This document shows, piece after piece, positions 29,837-40,098 of a stretch of DNA of 64,000 nucleotides. Each line of letters opens with the position of its first letter. Within the stretch, counting starts at the first letter, position 1. The position numbers were made by a program, and so were the translations under genes. Below the pieces are notes generated by a model, which had not been told where the DNA came from, searched no databases, and saw nothing but the letters and a program-made list of their open reading frames with translations. Origin of the DNA: Candidatus Latescibacterota bacterium (GTDB lineage: Bacteria; Latescibacterota; UBA2968; UBA8231); assembly GCA_965217585.1 (NCBI GenBank), contig OZ244561.1:5472001-5536000 (forward strand), read 5' to 3'.

Positions 29837-30943
29837 TCAGCGGACCGCAGCCAAAACCTCGCTCACCCGCCGCGCCACGATGTCTTCCTCGCCAAGCTCC
29901 ATCATATAGGGATTGATCCCAAAGCCGCTCTCGTGGGCGGCGATCTCGATCCGCGGTTGGCCAGCCGCGAGCTGACGCGCCAGCTCGTGGCCACTGAGGG
30001 CCAGCCGCTCTCGATCCCAGCGCACCGCCAAGTTCGGTGCAACATTCGAGCGCCCGGGCTGATTGACCTGCGTCGCCACCGAGGGAAACGGCTCCACCGC
30101 CGCCGCTATCACCGCCAAGCGCCGCTCCCACTCCCGCCACTCGGCTGCGTGGTCGCGCACTACCCACTGCTCCACAGCGGCCAACAGCCCCATGATTTCT
30201 TCCTTACCCGCCTTCATCGGCCGCCCCAGCGCGTGGTGCGGTGCCCCGTTGAGGAAGGTCGCCTGCAACAACTCTTTGCGCCCCAAAACCAAGCCCGACG
30301 CCTGCGGCCCGCGCAGGCACTTGCCGCCCGAATACGCCACCGCATCGACCCCCTGCTCCAGATACCAGTTGGGCGCGTCCGGCCGCTCGGCGGCCGCATC
30401 GACCAAGGTCGGTACGCCGTGCCGCTGCCCGGCCGCTGCCATGTCCGCCACCGAGATCGGCCCTCGTTTGGCCGCATCGCCAAAAACCAAGAGCATGGCC
30501 GTGCGGTCCGACAGGGCCGCTTCGAGCGCGGCGAGCGTCTCGACCTCGACCATTTCGACGCCGACCATGCGCACGGCGTGATCGTACCCGTGGCGGTGCC
30601 TGGGCTGGACGATCACTTGGTTTTTCATGCCCGTCGTGTCGGGCAACCGCGCCATTTTCTCGGGATCAGTACCCGCCACGCAAGCCGCCGTAACTTGGCA
30701 CAACGCCGCGGCGCAACCATTGGTAATCAGCCCCCATTCGCACTGCATCAGCTCGCCGATGCGCGCTCCGACGGCCTCCATCAGTTCGTCGAGATGGACG
30801 TATTGCTTGGAGGCCTCGACCATAGCTTGCCGCACTTCGGGCAGTATTAGCGAGCCGCTGATGATGGTATAGGTCCCCTGACAGTTGATCAGGGGACGCA
30901 CGCCGAGGCTTTCGTAGGTTGGATGCGCTAGTTGGCCACTCAT
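29837..30943 (-). CDS. SelA-like PLP-dependent enzyme (DgaE-related)
   Basis: LGVRPLINCQGT, LVDAAAE, YSGGKCLRGPQ, RPMKAGKEEI. Confidence 0.8.
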   Translation of the reverse strand: MSGQLAHPTYESLGVRPLINCQGTYTIISGSLILPEVRQAMVEASKQYVHLDELMEAVGARIGELMQCEWGLITNGCAAALCQVTAACVAGTDPEKMARLPDTTGMKNQVIVQPRHRHGYDHAVRMVGVEMVEVETLAALEAALSDRTAMLLVFGDAAKRGPISVADMAAAGQRHGVPTLVDAAAERPDAPNWYLEQGVDAVAYSGGKCLRGPQASGLVLGRKELLQATFLNGAPHHALGRPMKAGKEEIMGLLAAVEQWVVRDHAAEWREWERRLAVIAAAVEPFPSVATQVNQPGRSNVAPNLAVRWDRERLALSGHELARQLAAGQPRIEIAAHESGFGINPYMMELGEEDIVARRVSEVLAAVR

Positions 30944-31027
30944 CAGTAGTTCTTTCTCCATAGACGCCAGCCGATCAGCCTATTCACCCTCGGCAGGTCA
31001 ATGTAGGGGTATTGCCCTTCTTTAAGA

Positions 31028-32251
31028 TCAAAGCAAATCGTCCGCATAGCCCGCCAAACAGTGCTCCAGCGCCGCCATACCCGCGCTAGTATCCACGCTG
31101 GCCCCTTCGTGCGCTAGGGCACCGCCCAAGGCGTGCAACACGCGGAACAGGTGAGGTGCTCGGCACTGCTCGCCCATCTGGCCAATGCGCACGATGTCGA
31201 GGCCAAAGGCTCCGGAGATTTCGACGTGGAAGCGACTCGACATATCGGCGCGCACTCGGGCGTTATCTACCCCAGCGGGCACTTGGATTGCCACCACCGA
31301 GTTGAGGCGAATAGCGCGCGGCGCGGCCAGCACCAGTCCCATCTTCTCGATGCCAGCTTGCAGTGCCAGCGACGAGTGCCGATGCCGCGCAAAGCGACGC
31401 TCGAGTGTCTCTTCGCAGACCAGCCGCAGGGCCTCGTGCAGGGCCAACAGTCCCGAGACCGGGGCCGTGTAGTGGTATTGATGATGCTGCCAAAAGTTTT
31501 GCGCCCGCAGTGCGTCCAAGCACCAGTGCGGCCTAGGACCGGGATGCTGCTGCACCTGCTCCCAGGCCGCGTCGGAAAAGGCAATCAGCGCCACGCCCGG
31601 CAGCGACGACAGGCCCTTCTGGCTGCCCGTGAAAACCACGTCAATGCCCCAAGCGTCCTTTTCCAACGGCATGGTGCTCAAGGTGCAGACCGCATCGACG
31701 ACCGCCAGTGCCCCGTGCTCGCGGCACAAGCGGGCAATCGCCGGTAGCTCGGTCGTACAGATGCCGCTGGAGGTTTCGCCCTGCACCATCGTCACCACGT
31801 CGTAGCGCTGACTCTTGAGACGCCCGGCGACGCGCTCGGCGCAGACGGCTTGCCCTTCCGGCACGGCCAGCACTTCGACCTCGGCTCCCACGCCGCTGGC
31901 CATTTCGGCAAAGCGCCCGCTAAACCAGCCGTTTTGCAACACCAAGGCGCGGCGGCCCGGCCAGAGCAGATTGCCCATCGCCATTTCCATGGCCGCCGAC
32001 GCCGGCCCCCCAATCCCCAAGATGTGCTCATCGGCCGTCTGAAAGGCATAGCCAGCCAATTGCTTGATGTGCTCCACCAGCCGATCCATCGTCGGCCCCA
32101 AGTGGTTGATGACCATGCCGCCAGCCCGCGCGACCTCCGCCGCCACCGGCACCGGCCCAGCCCCCATCAGCAGCAGTGGCTCGGCCGGCAGAAGCTGGTC
32201 CAGCGATGGCAGCACGGGGGCCTCTATCCCATGCCACTCTACATTCCCCAT
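31028..32251 (-). CDS. Alanine-glyoxylate aminotransferase family (class V)
   Basis: LLMGAGP, GETSSG, VDAVCTL, GSQKGL. Confidence 0.9.
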   Translation of the reverse strand: MGNVEWHGIEAPVLPSLDQLLPAEPLLLMGAGPVPVAAEVARAGGMVINHLGPTMDRLVEHIKQLAGYAFQTADEHILGIGGPASAAMEMAMGNLLWPGRRALVLQNGWFSGRFAEMASGVGAEVEVLAVPEGQAVCAERVAGRLKSQRYDVVTMVQGETSSGICTTELPAIARLCREHGALAVVDAVCTLSTMPLEKDAWGIDVVFTGSQKGLSSLPGVALIAFSDAAWEQVQQHPGPRPHWCLDALRAQNFWQHHQYHYTAPVSGLLALHEALRLVCEETLERRFARHRHSSLALQAGIEKMGLVLAAPRAIRLNSVVAIQVPAGVDNARVRADMSSRFHVEISGAFGLDIVRIGQMGEQCRAPHLFRVLHALGGALAHEGASVDTSAGMAALEHCLAGYADDLL

Positions 32252-32260
32252 TCCCCATTC

Positions 32261-33655
32261 CTAATAGTTAATCGCCTCGCCAAAGGCCTGCCCGGCCGCT
32301 TCCATCACAGCCTCGGACAGCGTCGGATGGGCGTGCATTGTAGCCAAAAGCTCTTCATACGTGGCTTCGAGCCGGAGCGCCAGCGTCAATTCGGCGATCA
32401 ATTCCGTGGCCTCGGCCCCCAGAATGGCCCCGCCCAACAACTCGCCGTAGCGCGCGTCAAAAACCAGTTTGACCAGCCCCTCGGTTTCCCCGGCCGCTTG
32501 TCCCTTGCCGCTGGCTGCAAACGGAAAGCGCCCGACCTTGACGTCGTACCCGGCTTCGCGTGCTTGGCTTTCGCTCAGGCCGACGCTGGCTACTTGCGGC
32601 TGGCAATAGATGCAGTTGGGCACTTGGCGTGGGTCCAAGGTGGGCCGGTCGCGGCCAGCTATAAACTCGACGGCCGCGATCCCTTCCTGCGTGGCCGCGT
32701 GCGCCAACAGCGGCGGGCCGGCCACGTCGCCAATCGCGTAGATGCCCTTGGCACTGGTCTGCATCCGCTCGTCAACCACAATCGCGCCGTCGCGGGTGCG
32801 AATGCCCAGCACTTCCAGCCCCAGCCCCTCGATATTGCCCTGGACCCCAGTGGCGACCAGCACATGATCTACTCTCCGCGTCTGCTCCTCCTCGCCGACC
32901 CGATAGCGCAACGCAACCCCGCGCTTTTGCCTTTTGACTTCCTCGACCCGGGCTCCGGTCACCACTTCGATTCCCTGCTGTGCCAAGCTCTCGGCCAGCC
33001 CTGCGGCGATTTCCTCGTCTTCGCGCGGCAAGACCTGGGGCAGGGCTTCCAAGAGCAGCACCTTGCTGCCAAAGGCGCGATAGAAATAGGCGAATTCTAC
33101 GCCGATAGCCCCGGCCCCGATGATGGCGAGGGAGGCGGGCTGCTTGGCGACGATCATGGCCTCGCGGCTGGCGATGATCCGCTCGCCATCGAATTCGACG
33201 CCCGGAATGGATTTGGGGCGACCGCCAGTGGCCAGCACCACATGCGCGGCCTCCAACTCGGCCACGACCTCGCCCTCGGCGTCCTCAACCGCAACTTGGC
33301 GGCTGGGCGTCAACCGACCCCTTCCAGCGAATACCTCGACTTGGTTCTTCTGCATCAGATAGGCCACGCCTTTGGACAACTGCTCAGCGACTTGGCGGCT
33401 CCGGCCAATGACCGCATCCCAATCCACCTCGGGCTTATCAGCGCGCAAGCCGAATTCCTCGGCGCGCAAGAAAAGCTGGTACACTTCGGCTTGCTTGAGC
33501 AGGGCCTTGGTGGGAATGCAGCCCCAATTGAGACAGGTGCCGCCCAACTCGGCGTCCTCAATCAGCGCGGCTTTTAACCCCAACTGCCGCGCGCGAATGG
33601 CCGCTGAATACCCGCCTGGGCCGCCGCCAATAACTACCACATCATACGCTGCCAT
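32261..33655 (-). CDS. lpdA: Dihydrolipoyl dehydrogenase
   Basis: GGGPGG, GGTCLNWGCIPTK, HAHPTLSE. Confidence 0.95.
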   Translation of the reverse strand: MAAYDVVVIGGGPGGYSAAIRARQLGLKAALIEDAELGGTCLNWGCIPTKALLKQAEVYQLFLRAEEFGLRADKPEVDWDAVIGRSRQVAEQLSKGVAYLMQKNQVEVFAGRGRLTPSRQVAVEDAEGEVVAELEAAHVVLATGGRPKSIPGVEFDGERIIASREAMIVAKQPASLAIIGAGAIGVEFAYFYRAFGSKVLLLEALPQVLPREDEEIAAGLAESLAQQGIEVVTGARVEEVKRQKRGVALRYRVGEEEQTRRVDHVLVATGVQGNIEGLGLEVLGIRTRDGAIVVDERMQTSAKGIYAIGDVAGPPLLAHAATQEGIAAVEFIAGRDRPTLDPRQVPNCIYCQPQVASVGLSESQAREAGYDVKVGRFPFAASGKGQAAGETEGLVKLVFDARYGELLGGAILGAEATELIAELTLALRLEATYEELLATMHAHPTLSEAVMEAAGQAFGEAINY

Positions 33656-33930
33656 ATTGCATTTTCTTTCTAAGGTTCAGATAAAGGAAGCCTCTAATCT
33701 AAAGGCAATCACCTTGGACACAAATAGGACTGACACCTACGGCGGCAGAGAACCATGAATACCCGCCTCAATTGCCCCCGCCCGCGCCGCCGTGTTTTAT
33801 TATAGCAATCCTGCATGATTGAACGATTCGAGATGCGGATCGTCTTGTTGCTACTATTCTGCGTCCATCTGCGTCCATCTGCGGATCATCTTGTGAATCC
33901 AGCGGCGCACCCTAAATAAAGGCAATCCCA

Positions 33931-34407
33931 GTGATACAACAGCAAACCAACCTCTCGCAAACACTGACCATTTTCACCGACGGTGCCTGTTCGTGCAACC
34001 CAGGGCCGGGCGGCTGGGCGGCACGGCTGCTCTACGGCGCTGGCCGCATCGTGGAACTGGGCGGCTTTGCCCCGAAGACGACCAACAACCGCATGGAGCT
34101 GCAAGCGGCCATCGAGGGTCTCCGCGCCGCCCCGTCCGGCGTCGCTATCACGCTCGTTACGGACAGTGAGTACCTACGCAGGGGCATTACCGAGTGGATT
34201 CACGGCTGGAAGAAGCGGGACTGGCACACATCCACCAAAAAGCCCGTACGCAACCAAGACCTGTGGCGCACCCTAGACGAGCTCAACACGCACGCCGTCC
34301 AGTGGCGACACACCCAAGGCCACGCTGGCGACCCAGACAACGAACGCTGCGACCAGATCGCCCAAGCATTTTCGCGCGGGGAGACGCCCTCCCTGCACAA
34401 CGCTTGA
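33931..34407 (+). CDS. rnhA: Ribonuclease HI
   Basis: TDGACSCNPGPGGW, TTNNRMEL, TDSEY, GHAG...NERCD. Confidence 0.95.
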   Translation: MIQQQTNLSQTLTIFTDGACSCNPGPGGWAARLLYGAGRIVELGGFAPKTTNNRMELQAAIEGLRAAPSGVAITLVTDSEYLRRGITEWIHGWKKRDWHTSTKKPVRNQDLWRTLDELNTHAVQWRHTQGHAGDPDNERCDQIAQAFSRGETPSLHNA

Positions 34408-34431
34408 TCCGACCTCCACCACCGGAAAGGA

Positions 34432-35199
34432 TTGACCATGCTCTACAGTCTGCTTTTCGCCCTCGTCCTCGCTGGCCCCGCCAGCACCCAAGAGTCCACC
34501 CGCGTCCAAACCCCGCTACCCACCTACCAAGTCCTCCGCACTGACCAAGGGATCCAAGTCGATGGCCGCCTAGACGAGGCCGACTGGCAGCGCGCCGCGC
34601 CCATGGCCTTTGTAATGCCTTGGAGCGACCTCGAAAAAGAGGAGCCGCAATCCACGACCGCCCGCTTGCTCTGGGACGACGACAATCTCTACATCATCTA
34701 CGAGTGCGTCGATCCGTATCTACATTCAGAAGTAACCGAGCACGATGGAGCAGTGTACCAAGAGGACGCCGTCGAGATTTTCGCCACCCCCAACATGGAC
34801 GTCCCCGGCAACTACTATGGCTATGAGATGAACATCAACGGCACGCTGCTTGACTACATCGCCTTCCGCGGCGGCAAGGAGCGCACCAAGGCCATTCATC
34901 CGTCCTGGCAGAGCGAAGGCGTGGTCATTGCCACGACCTACGACGGCACCCTCAACGACCACTCGGACACCGACCAAAGCTGGATCCTCGAAATCTCCAT
35001 CCCCCACGACAACTTCCGCCACTTGGGTGGCCAAATCCCGCCCCAAGACGGCGACCAATGGCGCGCTGGACTCAACCGCACCAAGGGCTACCAAGGCCAA
35101 TTTGGGCTGTGGTCCGATACCGGCACGCCCCAAGCCGACTTCCACCGCGCCACCCGGTTCGGCATCCTCACCTTCTCTGACGCCGTCGTCGGCCGCTGA
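34432..35199 (+). CDS. Secreted carbohydrate-binding family 9-like protein
   Basis: Signal peptide, VDGRLDEADW, LLWDDDNLY, DAVEIF, W.LEISIP, FH...FG.L.F. Confidence 0.8.
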   Translation: MTMLYSLLFALVLAGPASTQESTRVQTPLPTYQVLRTDQGIQVDGRLDEADWQRAAPMAFVMPWSDLEKEEPQSTTARLLWDDDNLYIIYECVDPYLHSEVTEHDGAVYQEDAVEIFATPNMDVPGNYYGYEMNINGTLLDYIAFRGGKERTKAIHPSWQSEGVVIATTYDGTLNDHSDTDQSWILEISIPHDNFRHLGGQIPPQDGDQWRAGLNRTKGYQGQFGLWSDTGTPQADFHRATRFGILTFSDAVVGR

Positions 35200-35216
35200 A
35201 GTGCTGCGGCGGCTGG
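35083..35216 (+). repeat. CBM9-gene 3' end, copy 1 of 3 (others 49270-49403 and 51750-51800)
   Basis: Manual alignment of AAGGG.TACCAAGGCCAATTTGGGCTGTGGTCCGATACCGGC...GGCCGCTGAAG..CTGCGGCG.CTGG. Confidence 0.93.
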
Positions 35217-35248
35217 GTAGGGCGAGGAGCTAAGAAAGCCGCTTTTTC

Positions 35249-37426
35249 ATGGTTGCGCGGCACATGCGACGGATGATCTCAAGCCTGAAGACTTGGGCCG
35301 TGAGGCTTAAAGGCTGGCGCGGTAAAAGGCAACGGCTGTGGCTGCGCCTGCTGGGCTATTACCTCGCCTTGGGGCTAGTGCCCGTGTTGCTGGTCGATCT
35401 CGTCGTGTTGAACGCGGCCCGCGATGCCATAGAAGAGGCCGTGCTGGACAGCCGCCGCGAAATGGCGCACCGCACAGCCGCGGAAATCGCCCGCATCTTT
35501 GCCGCTGTCGCCTCCGACTTGCAACTCCTCACACGAACTGTGGGAACCGAGCCGCAGGATGTGCGTGCTTTGCTCAAAAAAGCTGCCCTCGTATCTAGCG
35601 AGGTGGAGGTGCTCTACCTAGTGGACGCCCCCAACCAAATACAGGCCGCGAGCGCGTCGGTTGCGCTACCCGCTGCCTACGACTGGGACGCAACATGGGC
35701 GAAGGTGGCAGCCGATGGCCTATACGTTGCCCTGATCGAAGAATTCAAGGAAACGCCCAAGCTCTTTGTCGCGCTGCCAGTGGAACGGGATGGCCAGCCA
35801 CCTCAACAAGCCCTAATAGCTCGCCTCGACTTTCACCGAGTCTGGCAAAAGATAAATCTCGTCCGCATCGGCAAAACCGGCTACGCGACCTTGCTCCACG
35901 CCGACGATGGGCACTATCTGGCGCGGCCCATACGTCATTCCTTCTACACGTGGGTCCACCACCCGCACATAGAGGCCATGCGCGGGCCAGCGGGAACCCT
36001 CTTGTGGCGCGATGTGGGAGGCATGAAGTGGGTCACGGGTTTTGCTCCCGTGCGCGATGTGGGAGGCACCGTCACGGGCTTTGTTCCCGTGCGCGATTGG
36101 GACTGGATCGTCGCCATTGAACAGCGCGAAGACGAGGCGTATGCCCCGTACACAGTCGTGCTGTACTCCATCTATGCGATCATCGCGCTTTTTGCACTAG
36201 GGGCACTGATTTTGGGCGGGCTGACGCGCAGCTCGGTCGTCGCGCCTCTCGTCTCGCTTACGTATGCCGTGCGTCGCCGCCGGGACGGTTATCCCCTCAT
36301 AGGAACGCCCGTGACGCGCCGAGACGAGATCGGAGAACTAGCCGACGCTTTTGTCGAGATGGACCAAACGCTGGCCGAGCGCCAGCGGGACTTGGAAAGC
36401 ACCTTGAACTTGCAGCGCCATCTGATCGAGGACAATCCCCTCGCCATTGCCGTGCTCGACGCCGAGTACCGCATCGTACAGAGCAACAAAGCGTGGGCTA
36501 GCTTGCTGCTACCGGAACAGGCCGCCGAATTGAGCGCGACCCACGCCGGTGCCCAAACACACGCTTGGCTAGAGGCCCACCCGCATCTGCAAGTAGTGGA
36601 CAGCCTCGCAATCGAGGACGCCGAAGGCGTTATGCGCTATTGGAATCTGCGCAAGGCCGAACTGAGCGAGGGCCATCGCGGCAAGGTCTTGCTAGTCGTC
36701 GAGGACCGGACTCAGCAGCACCTACTCGAACTGCACTACATGCAGGCCGAAAAGCTATCGGCGCTCGGCGAGGTGGCCGCTGGCGTAGCGCACGAAATCA
36801 AAAACCCCCTCGCCATTGTGCAGAACACTTGCGACCTGCTGCCTCGATTGGGACCCGAAGAAGAAAAGGAGCGCGACGAGACTTTGCGCATGATGCGCGA
36901 GGCCATCCGCCGCATAGACGAGCGCGTCGGCAGCCTGCTCGACTTCGCCCGACCGGCCCAGCACCTAGTAGAGCAGCTAGACGCGGCCGAGGTGCTGGAG
37001 CAGTTGCTCGACTTGGAGACCAAACACGCCGAGCACTTAGGCATCTCGATTGAGCGACAGTTTGAGCCGGTGCCAGCCGTGCGCATAAACCGCGACATGC
37101 TCAAGGACATCTACCTCAACATCATCCGCAACGCCTTCCAAGCCATGCCCCAAGGCGGCCGCTTGCAGGTAAGCGCCCGCCCCGAGCAGGAGGGCGTCGC
37201 CATAAAAATCTGCGACACCGGTGCCGGCATTGATCCAACCCAGATCTCCCGCATATTTGAGCCGTTCTTTTCTACCAAAGCTCCGGGGGAGGGCACGGGC
37301 TTGGGGCTGGCCATCGCCCAGCGCCAGTTGCGGGAAATCGGCGGTCACATAGAGGTTACAAGCCGTGTCGGCAAAGGCACCTGCTTCGCGCTCTTACTGC
37401 CTTACAATAAAAAAGAAAAGGCATAG
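35249..37426 (+). CDS. Sensor histidine kinase (Cache-HAMP-PAS-like-HisKA-HATPase)
   Basis: Two TM helices, RRDEIGELA, AHEIKNPL, NAFQA, DTGAGI, GTGLGL. Confidence 0.93.
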   Translation: MVARHMRRMISSLKTWAVRLKGWRGKRQRLWLRLLGYYLALGLVPVLLVDLVVLNAARDAIEEAVLDSRREMAHRTAAEIARIFAAVASDLQLLTRTVGTEPQDVRALLKKAALVSSEVEVLYLVDAPNQIQAASASVALPAAYDWDATWAKVAADGLYVALIEEFKETPKLFVALPVERDGQPPQQALIARLDFHRVWQKINLVRIGKTGYATLLHADDGHYLARPIRHSFYTWVHHPHIEAMRGPAGTLLWRDVGGMKWVTGFAPVRDVGGTVTGFVPVRDWDWIVAIEQREDEAYAPYTVVLYSIYAIIALFALGALILGGLTRSSVVAPLVSLTYAVRRRRDGYPLIGTPVTRRDEIGELADAFVEMDQTLAERQRDLESTLNLQRHLIEDNPLAIAVLDAEYRIVQSNKAWASLLLPEQAAELSATHAGAQTHAWLEAHPHLQVVDSLAIEDAEGVMRYWNLRKAELSEGHRGKVLLVVEDRTQQHLLELHYMQAEKLSALGEVAAGVAHEIKNPLAIVQNTCDLLPRLGPEEEKERDETLRMMREAIRRIDERVGSLLDFARPAQHLVEQLDAAEVLEQLLDLETKHAEHLGISIERQFEPVPAVRINRDMLKDIYLNIIRNAFQAMPQGGRLQVSARPEQEGVAIKICDTGAGIDPTQISRIFEPFFSTKAPGEGTGLGLAIAQRQLREIGGHIEVTSRVGKGTCFALLLPYNKKEKA

Positions 37427-37428
37427 AC

Positions 37429-38835
37429 ATGGCCCGGCACGACGGCAAAATACTCATGATCGACGACGAGCAGGACCTGCTGAAGCTGTCGAGCAGCATC
37501 TTGCGGCGCGAAGGCTTTGCTGTGGAAACCCGCTCGGACGCGCGCGAGGCCCTCGCACTCCTGCGAGAAGAATCCTTCGACATCATCCTGCTCGACTTGC
37601 ACATGCCCGAGATGAGCGGCCTCGAATTTCTGCGGCAGCTCAATGTGCGCGAGCGGCCCGAAGAAGTGCTCATCTTAACGGCGTACGCGGATCTCCAAAG
37701 CGCGGTAGAGACCGTCAAGCTGGGCGCGTATGGGTATCTCGCCAAGCCCTTTAACGCCGAAGAAATCCTCAGCCACATCAGCAATATCCGCGAGCTGCAA
37801 AAGCTCCGGGCCGAGAACGAGCGTCTGCGCCAAGCACAGGGCGCGGGGTTGGGCATGGTCGGCGAGACTGAGCAGATGCGGCAAATCTATCGGCTGGTTC
37901 AAGACGTGGCCTCCACCCCCCTGCCGGTGCTAATCTGCGGCGAAAGCGGCACCGGCAAGGAGCTAGTAGCCGCGGCCATCCACCACGCCAGCGACCGCGC
38001 CGCCGGCCCCTTTGTGCGTTGCAACTGCGCGGCCTTGAACCCGGGCGTACTAGAGAGCGAATTGTTCGGGCACGTAAAAGGCTCTTTCACCGGAGCAGTA
38101 CGCGACCGCAAAGGGCGTTTTATGGAGGCCGATGGCGGTACCTTGTTCCTCGACGAAATCGGCGACATGGAGGTAGGGCTGCAAACCCGGCTTTTGCGCG
38201 TGTTGCAGGAAGGGGAGTTCGAGATGGTGGGATCGACCGAGACTCACAAGGTCGATGTGCGCGTCCTTTCCGCGACCCACCGCAATTTGACGCAGGCCGT
38301 AGCCGAGGGCCAGTTCCGCGAGGATTTGTTCTACCGACTCAACGCGGTCACCATCGAGGTGCCACCGCTGCGCCAGCGCAAGGGCGACATCCCTTTGTTT
38401 TGCCACTTTTTTATCGATCGCCTAAACGACCGCTTCGACAAACAGATACAAGGGGTCAGCAAGGAGGCCCTAGAGTATCTCGAAGCCTACAACTGGCCGG
38501 GCAATGTGCGCGAAATGGAGAACGCGATCATGCGCGCCATAGCCCTCGCCAAGGGACGAGAAATCGAGGTGGAGGATCTGCCGACGACTATCGTAGAGAA
38601 CGCTCCCCTGCGGGATGAGCCAGCAGCGGCAGAAGAGGAAGCGGTGGAGCAGCCCGACTCGCTCTTCCACGCGGCGCGCCAGCACTTTGAGGAGCAGTTT
38701 ATCCGAGACGCCCTAGAGAAAACGGGCGGCAACATCAGCCAAGCCGCTCAGCAGATCCAGTTGGGGCGACGCAACTTACAGCGCAAGATCAAGCAGTTCG
38801 ACATAGACGTGAGCCAATACAGCCGCCGGCCCTGA
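37429..38835 (+). CDS. sigma54-dependent NtrC-family response regulator
   Basis: Receiver (IDDE, LLDLHMP), GESGTGKE, GSFTGA, NWPGNVRE and Fis-type HTH. Confidence 0.95.
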   Translation: MARHDGKILMIDDEQDLLKLSSSILRREGFAVETRSDAREALALLREESFDIILLDLHMPEMSGLEFLRQLNVRERPEEVLILTAYADLQSAVETVKLGAYGYLAKPFNAEEILSHISNIRELQKLRAENERLRQAQGAGLGMVGETEQMRQIYRLVQDVASTPLPVLICGESGTGKELVAAAIHHASDRAAGPFVRCNCAALNPGVLESELFGHVKGSFTGAVRDRKGRFMEADGGTLFLDEIGDMEVGLQTRLLRVLQEGEFEMVGSTETHKVDVRVLSATHRNLTQAVAEGQFREDLFYRLNAVTIEVPPLRQRKGDIPLFCHFFIDRLNDRFDKQIQGVSKEALEYLEAYNWPGNVREMENAIMRAIALAKGREIEVEDLPTTIVENAPLRDEPAAAEEEAVEQPDSLFHAARQHFEEQFIRDALEKTGGNISQAAQQIQLGRRNLQRKIKQFDIDVSQYSRRP

Positions 38836-38851
38836 ATCATTCCCACTCCTT

Positions 38852-38903
38852 CGTCATTCTCGCGCAAGCGGGAATGACGGATTGCGCGGGAATGACGGAT
38901 TGA
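38852..38903. repeat. REP-like hairpin / probable terminator
   Basis: CGTCATTCTCGCGCAAGCGGGAATGACG followed by a partial repeat GCGGGAATGACGGATTG. Confidence 0.6.
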
Positions 38904-38980
38904 TTCTCCATTTCCCCGTCAGTAACTAACGCAAGTTTTAAGAACGCTTCTTAGAAGTCTCCCCCGTTCCGCATCACCAA

Positions 38981-39030
38981 CCCCTACTGTCCGCTAGCGA
39001 ACACCTGCTGTCCGCTGACGCACAGTGATT
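38981..39030 (+). promoter_or_regulatory. Putative upstream activator sequence for sigma54 promoter 1
   Basis: CTGTCCGCT twice at 21-bp spacing, TGC-N11-GCA at 39006-39022. Conserved at 49530-49579. Confidence 0.65.
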
Positions 39031-39168
39031 AGATCGTCCAAATGGCCGATAAAAAGAATTTGAGAGACAAATAAAAAATAGGCTTACTTTCATAACGTAT
39101 TATTTAACAGCTATTTAGGAGTCAATAGTAAAAGAATCGGCGCAATTGGCGACCCCTAGCCCCCTCCT

Positions 39169-39184
39169 TTGGCACGATAGTTGC
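39169..39184 (+). promoter_or_regulatory. sigma54 -24/-12 promoter
   Basis: TTGGCACGATAGTTGC (consensus TGGCACG-N4-TTGC). Confidence 0.9.
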
Positions 39185-39234
39185 GATAGTGCTTACCGAA
39201 GCAACAACCCGCACTCTTCCACAAGGAGGGCATC

Positions 39235-40047
39235 ATGCAACGCTTAGCCATTCGCATCCTATCTCTCGCGCTGATCGCCGTCTCCAGCACAGCGGCCGTC
39301 GAGACCAATTACCCGCAAGGGGGCTTTGATCCCCGTCTCGACAAGCTCCAGGACTTGCTTGCCCATATCCGCACCGTGGAGAAGATCAAGGTCAAAGCCG
39401 GTCCCAAGTTGTGGCAGGCCATTGCGACCATCCCCGTCGCGACGGGCCCCATCGCAACGGGCGTCCCCATCACCCCCGAGCAAGAAGCCGACCTGCGCGG
39501 CTGGCTCTACGACTTTCTCGTCGCCTTTTCGGTCTCTGGCAATGACAGCCTCGCCGCTCAGTTTTACCTGCGCGAGGGCGTCAACAACCCCACGGCCTTA
39601 AAACACATGAAAGAGACCCTCGAGAACTGGGACATCCCCAAAGGCGACACGCCCTTTGCTCTCTTCCAAGCTATGCACCGAGCCATACTCGACCACCAAG
39701 GCTATGAATACTGTTTTGGCAATGCCTTCTTTCGCCACAGCACGTTCAAGGTGTTCGAGATGCAGGGCCACTACGAGCGCTATCAGGCTTACCCGAGGGA
39801 CGTTGTCAAGGCCAGGTTCAAATTGCAGCAAGAGGTTGAATCGGCGCTGCGGGCTGGCGAGAAGCGGGTCTTCACCGACATCGCGTTCGTCACCGAAGAG
39901 CCTGCGGAGTTCGCCGGGTCGGAAGGGCCGATCTGCACGCCCTTCTTTTGTCGGCTGGTCTGGGATCCCGAGCGGACGATGTGGCGCTTTGTAGAGGTTT
40001 TCTACACCTCCAAACGGCCGAATCCTTTTCTATTCTCGGCCATATAA
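39235..40047 (+). CDS. Secreted protein of unrecognised family, paralog 1
   Basis: Signal peptide, AGGAGG RBS, shared core ITPEQEADLRxWLYDFLVAFSVSG and C-terminal PFFxRLVW. Confidence 0.85.
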   Translation: MQRLAIRILSLALIAVSSTAAVETNYPQGGFDPRLDKLQDLLAHIRTVEKIKVKAGPKLWQAIATIPVATGPIATGVPITPEQEADLRGWLYDFLVAFSVSGNDSLAAQFYLREGVNNPTALKHMKETLENWDIPKGDTPFALFQAMHRAILDHQGYEYCFGNAFFRHSTFKVFEMQGHYERYQAYPRDVVKARFKLQQEVESALRAGEKRVFTDIAFVTEEPAEFAGSEGPICTPFFCRLVWDPERTMWRFVEVFYTSKRPNPFLFSAI

Positions 40048-40063
40048 GCACATTTTGACCCCC

Positions 40064-40091
40064 GTAGGGGCGACCGGCCGGTCGCCCCTAC
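40064..40091. repeat. GTAG-type REP palindrome (identical copy at 50653-50680)
   Basis: GTAGGGGCGACCGGCCGGTCGCCCCTAC, a perfect 28-bp palindrome. Confidence 0.85.
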
Positions 40092-40098
40092 AACCATT

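Noticed and set aside
29837-30943. True selenocysteine synthase SelA
   Set aside because: Shorter than SelA, no selB/selC/selD nearby, and motifs fit the SelA-like/DgaE group.
31850-33577. 575-aa plus-strand ORF
   Set aside because: Antisense shadow of lpdA and the aminotransferase in GC-rich DNA, with no motifs.
33858-33888. Short tandem ATCTGCGTCC repeat
   Set aside because: Only 2-3 units in one intergenic location, so no function can be supported.
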